Shown here piece after piece: positions 25,372 through 32,000 of a stretch of 32,000 nt of DNA. The stretch lies in NCBI GenBank assembly GCA_037444445.1, contig JBBIMK010000003.1, forward strand, positions 65,211 through 97,210. The letters run 5' to 3'. A model generated the notes under the pieces. That model made no database searches and was not told the DNA's origin. It worked only from the letters and a program-made list of their open reading frames with translations. Origin of the DNA: a bacterium (GTDB taxonomy: Bacteria; UBP7; UBA6624; JBBIMK01). Each line of letters begins with the position of its first letter. Position 1 is the stretch's first letter. A program made the position numbers and the translations under genes.

Positions 25372-25890
25372 CCGCTTCCCTTCCGGGTCCGTAGCGGAGC
25401 AGGGAAAATCCAGGTTCCCGTGGATGACTCCCCTCGTGGGCCCACCCAGGGATGCCTTCGTCGGGGAGAGTTTCCGGAGAATTTCTTGCTCGCCTCCCCC
25501 GCTACCCCTCTTGCACGCAGGTTGAAGAATTAAGAAAATAGCGATAGTAAGCCCTCCCCACTTACTCCACCCCTTTTACCTTCAATATTCTACATTTGTG
25601 GTGAAAGTCAGCCTCCATTTTCTACTCGCTCTTTTCACTTTCTTTTATTACTATTCATTACCAGTTTTTTATGTGAATTCGTGCGAGTAACCAGGATAAT
25701 GATTAGGGCAGGTGAGGGCTATCTGCCCTCCCGAGTTATTTACCACATATTTTCAAGCATCCCGATTTCATTGGAACTATGTAATAAACCCTTTTAGGGT
25801 CAGGCCTCAAAAGTTCACATCACCGGATCAGGCTATATTGGCGCAAAAAAGCAAGCATCTTGTATCGCAGAGGTCTATAATAGTAGGAGG

Positions 25891-26589
25891 ATGAAAACAC
25901 TGGTAGTTGTTCCCACTTATAACGAGCGGGAGAATATAAAGCCCCTTGTGAAGAGGATTTTTCAAACGCTACCCGATGCGGAGGTGCTGGTGGTGGATGA
26001 CCGGTCGCCGGATGAGACACCAGAACAAGTGAAAGCCTTGCAGGCAGACTTTCCTTCTCTTCATCTTCTGGTTCGTGAAGAAGAGCGAAGTTTCGCTGGC
26101 GCCTATAAAGATGGCTTTCAGTGGGCAATCCAGAACGGATTTGAAGTCATTTTCACCATGGATGCGGATTTATCCCATAATCCAGAATACTTGAAAAATT
26201 TGAGAGAAAAGATTCAGGAATCTGATGTGGTGGTAGGGTCCCGGTATATCCCCGGAGGAGGAATTCAAAACTGGCCCCTCAGCCGGGTTCTCCTCAGTCG
26301 GTGGGCGAATGCTTTCACACGCTCTCTCACCCGTCTCCCCACCCGGGATTGCACCAGTGGATTTCAGGCTTACCGGGTTTCCGTTCTCCTCGCCCTGGAT
26401 TTTCAAAACATTCAGAGCAATGGTTATGCCTTTTTGATAGAAATGAAATACCGGGCCTGGCGAAAAGGTTACCGAATTCAAGAAGTGCCTATCGTGTTTG
26501 TGGAGCGTCGGGAGGGAGCCTCTAAACTCTCTCGCCAGCACATCGTTGAGGCGTTCTTCCTCGTCCTTCGCCTCTGGCTTCGGCGTTAA
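25891..26589 (+). CDS. polyprenol-phosphate mannosyl/glycosyltransferase (GT2, Dpm1-like)
   Basis: VVVPTYNERENI, VLVVDDRSPDET and FTMDADLSHNPEY. 232 aa soluble form. AGGAGG RBS. Confidence 0.85.
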   Translation: MKTLVVVPTYNERENIKPLVKRIFQTLPDAEVLVVDDRSPDETPEQVKALQADFPSLHLLVREEERSFAGAYKDGFQWAIQNGFEVIFTMDADLSHNPEYLKNLREKIQESDVVVGSRYIPGGGIQNWPLSRVLLSRWANAFTRSLTRLPTRDCTSGFQAYRVSVLLALDFQNIQSNGYAFLIEMKYRAWRKGYRIQEVPIVFVERREGASKLSRQHIVEAFFLVLRLWLRR

Positions 26590-26707
26590 TCTCCGGTGAG
26601 TTCCGTAGGCAGAACTAATTCTTCCAAATCTGGAGTAAATCCTGGAAAGCCTGATTTGTCCTCTACATCGGATTCATTCTCATTTCTAAAGATTTTCGTC
26701 CCGGCTA

Positions 26708-26735
26708 TTGCAATCAAAAATAACAGGTGTATAAT
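26708..26735 (+). promoter_or_regulatory. sigma70 promoter TTGCAA-16-TATAAT for the cysM operon
   Basis: TTGCAA at 26708-26713 and TATAAT at 26730-26735, with TG immediately upstream, 41 nt before ATG 26777. Confidence 0.55.
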
Positions 26736-26776
26736 ATATAATTGGTAATGATTATCAATAATGGGGTAGTTGAAGG

Positions 26777-27754
26777 ATGAACCCAAAAACCTCCTTCGCG
26801 CCTGGTTTTTCACCGGTGGAGAGAGACTTGATTTCTCTCATCGGAAATACACCCCTTCTGCCCTTTCGGGATGAGGCGCTCTTGCACAACGGGGTGAGTT
26901 TCTATTTGAAGGCGGAGTGGTATAATCCCGGCGGAAGTGTAAAGGACCGCCCCGTTCTCTTCATCCTCAGGGAGGGAGAATCTGCCGGGGAACTCAGGAA
27001 GGGGAAAACAATACTGGATGCGACCTCGGGAAATGGGGGCATCTCTTATGCGTGGATGGGGGGTCGCATGGGGTATCCGGTGAAGTTGTGCATTCCTTCC
27101 AATGCCAGCACAGAACGGATAAAACTCCTTCAGATTCTGGGTGCAGAACTGGTATTCACAGACCCTCTGGAGGGAACGGATGGGGCGAGAAAAGTGGCGG
27201 AAAGCCTGCGTCATGAATCACCCGATGATTTCTTCTATCCCGACCAGTACGGAAATCCAGCCAATCCGCTTTCTCATTACACCACCACAGGCCCAGAAAT
27301 CTGGAATCAAACGGAGAAAAACATCACCCATTTCGTTTGTGGCCTGGGCACCACAGGCACTTTTATGGGGTGCGGGAGGTTTTTGAAACAGGTGAACCCT
27401 GAAATTCGCCTCCTCACTGTGGAGCCTGACACTCCATTTCATGGGCTGGAAGGATTAAAATATCAGGATGCCACCTCGCCCGCTGGATTTTATGACCCCC
27501 TGCTGGCGGATGAACACTGCTATATTCGGACGGAGGATGCTTACGACCTTCTGCGTTATCTCGCCCGCAAACACGGGCTTCTGGTGGGACCCTCCTCCGG
27601 CGCCGCTATCCTCGCCGGTATTCAAACCGCAAAGAAATTAAAAGAAGGAACCATCGTTGTGCTTTGCCCTGATTCCGCTTCCCGATACCTGTCGGAGCGT
27701 TTCTGGCAGGCGCATTTCACGGAAGTTCAACATGCGTTGGATTCCAGTAAATAA
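26777..27754 (+). CDS. cysM: PLP-dependent cysteine synthase, CysM-like (sulfur-carrier/O-phosphoserine type suggested by context)
   Basis: NPGGSVKDRP (PLP lysine), TSGNGGISYA, GLGTTGTFMG and GPSSGAA. Followed by JAMM, CysO-like and MoeZ-like genes, as in the mycobacterial mec-cysO-cysM system. Confidence 0.85.
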   Translation: MNPKTSFAPGFSPVERDLISLIGNTPLLPFRDEALLHNGVSFYLKAEWYNPGGSVKDRPVLFILREGESAGELRKGKTILDATSGNGGISYAWMGGRMGYPVKLCIPSNASTERIKLLQILGAELVFTDPLEGTDGARKVAESLRHESPDDFFYPDQYGNPANPLSHYTTTGPEIWNQTEKNITHFVCGLGTTGTFMGCGRFLKQVNPEIRLLTVEPDTPFHGLEGLKYQDATSPAGFYDPLLADEHCYIRTEDAYDLLRYLARKHGLLVGPSSGAAILAGIQTAKKLKEGTIVVLCPDSASRYLSERFWQAHFTEVQHALDSSK

Positions 27755-27820
27755 CCTGACATTCAAGACAGGTAAGGCTCCCCCCCGCCTTCTGGTAAAA
27801 AAGGACCCGGGTGAAAGGAG

Positions 27821-28270
27821 ATGCTTCGTCTTCCCGTTGAACTTTTAGAGGAAATCTACCGACATGTAGAAGTTACCTATCCGGAAGAAGGTTGTGGATT
27901 TCTGGTGGGGCAGTGGGAAGACGAAGAAGATGTAATGGTTCTTCAGGTTTTACCTGTTTCTAATACACGGGTGGATTCCCGCCATAACCGATATCTCATT
28001 TCTCCGGAGGTATTTTTACAGGTGAACCGGGAGGTGGAGAAACAGTCGCTGGAGATTGTGGGATTTTATCATTCCCACCCGGATGCACCCGCAAAGCCGT
28101 CCGATTTTGACCGAGATTACGCCTGGTTCGGCTATGTGTATATGATTGTGCCTGCCCACAGGGGTAAGAGCGGTATGCCTCAGGTGTGGAAATTAACCGA
28201 GGACCGTTCGTCTTTTTTGCCGGAAAGTCTGATACTATTGGAACGGAGGGATATGGTGTGGCAACGGTGA
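27821..28270 (+). CDS. mec: JAMM/MPN+ zinc metallohydrolase (Mec-like)
   Basis: EEGCGFLVG (catalytic Glu) and GFYHSHPDAPAKPSDFD (H-x-H-x7-S-x2-D JAMM motif). GAAAGGAG RBS. Confidence 0.85.
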   Translation: MLRLPVELLEEIYRHVEVTYPEEGCGFLVGQWEDEEDVMVLQVLPVSNTRVDSRHNRYLISPEVFLQVNREVEKQSLEIVGFYHSHPDAPAKPSDFDRDYAWFGYVYMIVPAHRGKSGMPQVWKLTEDRSSFLPESLILLERRDMVWQR

Positions 28271-29688
28271 AAATCCCTGCTCCTTTGCGCCGTTTCACTC
28301 ATCACCAGAACGACATCCCCATTGATGGAGTCAATGTAAGGGAGGTTCTGAAAAATTTGCGCCAGCAGTTTCCTGTGTTAGAAAAACACCTTTTTACCGA
28401 GGACCAACAACTGCGGAATTTTGTTACTCTATTCTTAAATAACGAGGATATTCGCTCGTTGCAGGGGCTGGACACTCCGGTTAAGGAAGGAGACGAAATT
28501 TCCATCGTTCCAGCGATAGCGGGGGGGATGAGAAAGAATGAAGTCATTCTCACTCCGGAAGAAATCCTGCGTTACTCCCGCCATCTCATTATGCCCGAGG
28601 TGGGAATGGAGGGGCAAAAGAAGTTGAAGTCTGCCCGCATCCTCATCGTAGGGATGGGAGGGCTCGGATGCCCCGTCTCTACCTACCTTACCATGGCAGG
28701 AGTGGGAACCCTCGGCATTCTGGACTTTGATAGGGTGGAACTTTCTAATCTTCAGCGCCAACCCCTATATGTGACTGATGATGTGGGCAAACTCAAGGTG
28801 GAAGTGGCGAAAAAAAGGCTGAATGCTATGAATCCTCATGTGCGTATTCAAGTGCATCCCGTGCAACTTACCTCAGAGAACGCTATGGAGATTTTGCAGG
28901 ATTATGACCTGGTTGTGGATGGAACAGACAATTTTCCCACCCGGTATTTAGTGAACGATGCCTGCGTGCTGTTGAAGAAGCCGTATGTCTATGGGAGCCT
29001 ATTCCGCTTTGAGGGGCAGGTGACCGTCTTCGGAGGGGAAGGAGGTCCCTGCTATCGGTGCTTATATCCGGAGCCGCCACCGCCTGACCTGGTTCCGTCG
29101 TGTGCAGAAGGAGGTGTTCTGGGCGTTCTCCCCGGCTTCGTCGGCGCCTGGCAAGCACTGGAAGCTATGAAACTCATCCTGAATGAAGGGGAAAGCCTCC
29201 GCGGCCGCTTTATCCTCATAGATGCCATTCAGGGGCGAGCTCGCGAATTCAAAATTCATCCCAATCCCCAGTGCCCCGCCTGTGGCAATCACCCCACTAT
29301 CCACCGGCTGATAGATTATGACGAGTTTTGCGGTGCACATCGGGCAGAGCAGGCCATACAACTGGATAAGGATTGGGAGATTACACCGAAGGAATTAAAA
29401 GCCCTTCTGGGCTCTAAAAAAGATGTGGTGATTCTGGATGTCCGGGAGCCAGTAGAATACCAAATCTGCCATCTACCCGGCTCTCGCCTCATTCCTCTGG
29501 GTGAACTTCCTTACCGGCTGGGAGAACTGGACACTTCCGAGCATATCGTGATTCACTGTCACACAGGCTCCAGAAGTGCTCGTGCTGTGCAGTTCCTTCG
29601 CCAGATGGGATTCACCCGGGTAAAAAATCTAAAAGGAGGGATTGATGCCTGGGCAGAGCAGGTGGCACCCTCTATGCCCAGATACTAA
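28258..29688 (+). CDS. CysO/MoaD-like sulfur-carrier (ends ...AIAGG) fused in frame to a MoeZ/MoeB-type E1-like adenylyltransferase with C-terminal rhodanese domain
   Basis: Residues from VKIPAPLRRF to FLNNEDIRSLQGLDTPVKEGDEISIVPAIAGG (nt 28258-28527) resemble M. tuberculosis CysO (VSIPTILR...YVNDEDVRF...GDSVTILPAVAGG). Next comes MRKNEV...LRYSRH...IVGMGGLGCP, CYRC and CPAC zinc motifs, PSCAEGGVLG, and a rhodanese domain with CHTGSRS. GTG 28258 has GGAGGG 7 nt upstream; GTG 28267 overlaps the mec stop as GTGA. The junction is a G7 run (28521-28527). Confidence 0.8.
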   Translation: MATVKIPAPLRRFTHHQNDIPIDGVNVREVLKNLRQQFPVLEKHLFTEDQQLRNFVTLFLNNEDIRSLQGLDTPVKEGDEISIVPAIAGGMRKNEVILTPEEILRYSRHLIMPEVGMEGQKKLKSARILIVGMGGLGCPVSTYLTMAGVGTLGILDFDRVELSNLQRQPLYVTDDVGKLKVEVAKKRLNAMNPHVRIQVHPVQLTSENAMEILQDYDLVVDGTDNFPTRYLVNDACVLLKKPYVYGSLFRFEGQVTVFGGEGGPCYRCLYPEPPPPDLVPSCAEGGVLGVLPGFVGAWQALEAMKLILNEGESLRGRFILIDAIQGRAREFKIHPNPQCPACGNHPTIHRLIDYDEFCGAHRAEQAIQLDKDWEITPKELKALLGSKKDVVILDVREPVEYQICHLPGSRLIPLGELPYRLGELDTSEHIVIHCHTGSRSARAVQFLRQMGFTRVKNLKGGIDAWAEQVAPSMPRY

Positions 29689-29689
29689 A

Positions 29690-30502
29690 ATGAGCATACC
29701 TTTTCCTCATATCAGTATAGAAGAAACCTTGACCCTTTATCCTCATGAGTATCCTGACTCACTGCGTGTGGAGCGGGTGATGCATTCCATCCAGCAAGAT
29801 GGGATATTACGGAATCCGGTCATTGTAACGCCCATCAAAAATGGCTTTGTCCTGCTGGATGGAACCAATCGCCTGGAGGCTTTCCGCCGTCTTTCCATCC
29901 CGTATATTCCAGTTCAAATCGTGTCTACCGCTTCTCCCGATGTTCAGTTGAAGTCGTGGGCACATCAGGTGAGTGATGCGGTGGAAATAGACGAGGAAGT
30001 TCAATCGCTGTTTCAGCAATTTCAGGCAGAGGTTCAGGTGGCAAAGGCCCTTTCATCCTTTACTCCGTGTGAGGAGAAAGATTATCTTTTATCCTACATC
30101 ACCCCCCGCACTTCTTTAACGGTATATCTCAAGGGGCGAGCAGTGAAAAAAGCCGCCCTCCTCAACCACTTTGTCAACTCCCTGCGGAAAGTAGATACCC
30201 TCTACCGATTTAATCCGGAAGATGAGGTAACTCTCCGAAACACCCATCAGTATGCCTATTACATGGTCTTTCGGAAGGACCAGATTGTGGAAATGGCGAA
30301 GAAGCGGGAAAAACTGCCCTGTGGAATTACACGCTTCCAGGTCGCCGGACGAGCCCTTGGCCTGGATGTCCCTCTTTCTGTTCTATCCAGACGGGAAACC
30401 CTGGAATCCAAAAAATCCTACCTGAAACGGTTGCTGGAAGAACGGAAAAAAGCCAGGAAAATCCGCCTCTACTCCGAGCCTGTCTACATCTTCAACGACT
30501 GA
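29690..30502 (+). CDS. ParB/sulfiredoxin-fold protein; candidate free serine kinase (SerK-like)
   Basis: N-terminal NPVIVTPIKNGFVLLDGTNRLEAFRRLSIPYIPVQIV carries the ParB/Srx DGxxR-type motif. The ATG is 1 nt after the moeZ stop. The function is inferred from context only. Confidence 0.6.
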   Translation: MSIPFPHISIEETLTLYPHEYPDSLRVERVMHSIQQDGILRNPVIVTPIKNGFVLLDGTNRLEAFRRLSIPYIPVQIVSTASPDVQLKSWAHQVSDAVEIDEEVQSLFQQFQAEVQVAKALSSFTPCEEKDYLLSYITPRTSLTVYLKGRAVKKAALLNHFVNSLRKVDTLYRFNPEDEVTLRNTHQYAYYMVFRKDQIVEMAKKREKLPCGITRFQVAGRALGLDVPLSVLSRRETLESKKSYLKRLLEERKKARKIRLYSEPVYIFND

Positions 30503-30538
30503 ACCTGTGGAATGAAGCAGTAGACCGGTCATACTGAT

Positions 30539-31372
30539 TCATTTCGTCTCTCCTCCGTTCACTGGCTTCAGGCGGTAGAAGAAGTTTTTCAATTGTTGGA
30601 GGAGCGGCTCGCCAGTCACAAGGAAGGCATCGTTATGCCCGCCTTTGAGCTCAAAGAATGTTTTAGGCTCCGCAGAAGCCTGATACAGCCTGAACCCGAG
30701 CTCAAAGGGGACCACCTCATCTTTCCGAGCATGGAGAAAAAGTTTGGGCATAGTCAGGTGAGGAACTTTTTTGAGGGAATCGTAGCGGGAGCGTGCAAGG
30801 AGAGAAACGGGCAGGAAAGGGTATGCAATTTTCCCTATCTCAATGATGGAAGGAAAACAGCCTTCACAAATCAGGGCGGCCACCGGAACACGAGTCGCTA
30901 AATCTATAGCAACTCCTCCGCCTAACGAACCACCATAAAGAATCATCCGCCCCGGGGGAATCCCTTTCTGCTGAACCAAATACTCATACATCGTGAGAGC
31001 GTCCACATATAATCCCTTCTCGGAAGGAAACCCCTCGCTTTGTCCATACCCCCGGTAATCAAAGATAAGAGTTTGAAGGTTCAGTTGCTGAAAGACCTGC
31101 AGACGCTTCAGACTATGGCTGATATTTCCCCCGTTACCGTGGAAGAACAGAATCGTCCAGGTCGCAGAAGGATTGGGTAGGAACCAGCCGTGAATCCTGA
31201 CGCCATCTTCCGTCGTGAGGAAAACATCTTCATAAGCCAATCCAATATCAGCAGGCGTGGCTTCCAGCGTCCGTGTGGGAAAATATATCAGATAAGGCTC
31301 AAGAATTTGGAAAAATAACCAGACGCCGAGTAGAACAACCGCAACAATCAGGAATATAAGCAATTTTTTCAT
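30539..31372 (-). CDS. alpha/beta hydrolase, N-terminally membrane-anchored
   Basis: FFHGNGGN (oxyanion HG), nucleophile elbow YGGSLGGGVA (GxSxG), then later Asp (RKDEVVP) and His (GGHND). TM segment LLIFLIVAVVLLGVWLFF. Confidence 0.8.
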   Translation of the reverse strand: MKKLLIFLIVAVVLLGVWLFFQILEPYLIYFPTRTLEATPADIGLAYEDVFLTTEDGVRIHGWFLPNPSATWTILFFHGNGGNISHSLKRLQVFQQLNLQTLIFDYRGYGQSEGFPSEKGLYVDALTMYEYLVQQKGIPPGRMILYGGSLGGGVAIDLATRVPVAALICEGCFPSIIEIGKIAYPFLPVSLLARSRYDSLKKVPHLTMPKLFLHARKDEVVPFELGFRLYQASAEPKTFFELKGGHNDAFLVTGEPLLQQLKNFFYRLKPVNGGETK

Positions 31373-31380
31373 CCCACTCC

Positions 31381-31902
31381 TTACATTCCCATTACAAATT
31401 TTACCCTGAGTTTCACACTTCTGCTATTGTTCCCCCTTTCCCTCCTTCCATCCCGGGAATAGTCAACTACAGGGCATTTCAGCGATAGTGGCTGTGAACA
31501 CACCATCACAACCGCAACCCAAAAGTTCACCCCCAGCAGTTCCACGCTATGGGGCGGAGTAAATCTGTCCGTCAGCGGGTCGTGAAAGGTTGTCTCGCAG
31601 TCCGCATACTGCACGATCAAGTAATGGCTACTCTCGGGCGGGTTTGAGTTCGCCTGAGTCCTGAAATTCTGACAGGTGGATTCATCGTAAGTGAAGGACC
31701 CCTGCCGATCGAAGATGTTACGAACATAGAAGGTGTTTGTCTGAGGGTCGGGGGATTTATACGCTATTTCTATGAAGGCATCATCGTAGGCGCCCTTGAG
31801 GGTATGTCCAATGTACCGAGGGTCGCCGCCCAGATACCGTTTCCAGGGATAAAAGTGGTCATTGTAGACATCCTCGTCTTCCCAGGCAGGTTTGGAAGCC
31901 AT
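31381..31902 (-). CDS. hypothetical protein (start uncertain; frame stays open to the window edge)
   Basis: The frame is open from 32000 down to the stop at 31381. The ATG at 31902 (MASKPAWEDEDVY...) has AAGGA 5 nt upstream, and the sequence above it is Arg/Cys/Gly-rich and looks non-coding. No recognisable domain. Confidence 0.35.
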   Translation of the reverse strand: MASKPAWEDEDVYNDHFYPWKRYLGGDPRYIGHTLKGAYDDAFIEIAYKSPDPQTNTFYVRNIFDRQGSFTYDESTCQNFRTQANSNPPESSHYLIVQYADCETTFHDPLTDRFTPPHSVELLGVNFWVAVVMVCSQPLSLKCPVVDYSRDGRRERGNNSRSVKLRVKFVMGM

Positions 31903-32000
31903 AGAAGTCCTTTGCACATAGATTTTCCGCCAGACGGTGAGGGAGTGGGGACTACCACAGCCCCTCCCACGCAGGCATTCCACCCGGAGGGCAGGGCGCC

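Noticed and set aside
25876-25881. Perfect TATAAT just upstream of the GT2 gene as its promoter.
   Set aside because: It ends only 9 nt before the ATG, so a transcript from it would lack the AGGAGG RBS at 25884-25889. The spacing to the nearest -35-like hexamer (TTGTAT) is also only about 10 nt.
26586-26813. 75-aa minus-strand ORF between the GT2 gene and cysM.
   Set aside because: It spans the cysM promoter and start region and has no RBS or motif. The region is better explained as regulatory DNA.
28258-30502. PRTRC-type cassette (ParB-related plus ThiF-related proteins on mobile elements).
   Set aside because: The E1 here carries a rhodanese domain and sits with CysO-, CysM- and JAMM-type genes, which is the sulfur-carrier cysteine pathway. 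The other PRTRC components and any mobile-element context are absent.
1-32000. Alternative genetic code with TGA reassigned (code 4 or 25).
   Set aside because: Several well-conserved genes end at TGA at the expected family length (the J-like protein at 3380, the GGDEF cyclase at 7047, the solenoid at 19917 and mec at 28270). No conserved domain is interrupted by TGA.
1-32000. CRISPR arrays, IS elements, integrases, prophage or defence-system genes.
   Set aside because: I saw no regularly spaced direct repeats, no transposase or recombinase-like ORF, and no terminal inverted repeats. The only nucleotide-level repeats are short intergenic motifs.

Overview
Chromosomal window from an unidentified bacterium, probably diderm because it encodes a lipobox protein and a beta-barrel protein ending in Phe. 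RBSs are strong GGAGG-type and many neighbouring genes overlap by 4 nt (ATGA/GTGA). I can support about 30 protein genes and one tRNA-Gln(CUG). I saw no rRNA, CRISPR array, transposase or integrase. Gene order: sugar-nucleotide epimerase and long-form RmlA-like nucleotidyltransferase (-); HPD-less J-like/TPR/zinc-ribbon protein plus M48 protease; tRNA-Gln; GGDEF cyclase coupled to a tandem HD-GYP protein; hypothetical; rpiB; LOTUS-domain protein; Cys-type selD; TlpA-like redoxin, beta-barrel protein and peroxiredoxin; murQ-anmK; NodB deacetylase (-); Crp/Fnr regulator (-) divergent from an exported 26-residue-repeat solenoid protein plus an exported HEAT-repeat protein; mutS (-); a broken PKD/InlB-B-repeat lipoprotein gene (-); Dpm1-like GT2; then cysM, a JAMM hydrolase, cysO fused in frame to moeZ, and a ParB/sulfiredoxin-fold protein; alpha/beta hydrolase (-); partial hypothetical (-). 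The best candidate for something new is the last operon. It is a self-contained ubiquitin-like sulfur-carrier cysteine pathway whose extra ParB-fold gene may be a free serine kinase that supplies O-phosphoserine. The solenoid/HEAT pair is the second candidate. Important caveat: four frame anomalies (rpiB start, lipoprotein start, lipoprotein interior, cysO-moeZ junction) are each resolved by deleting one base from a homopolymer. Assembly indels must therefore be excluded before any of them, including the CysO-MoeZ fusion, is treated as biology.
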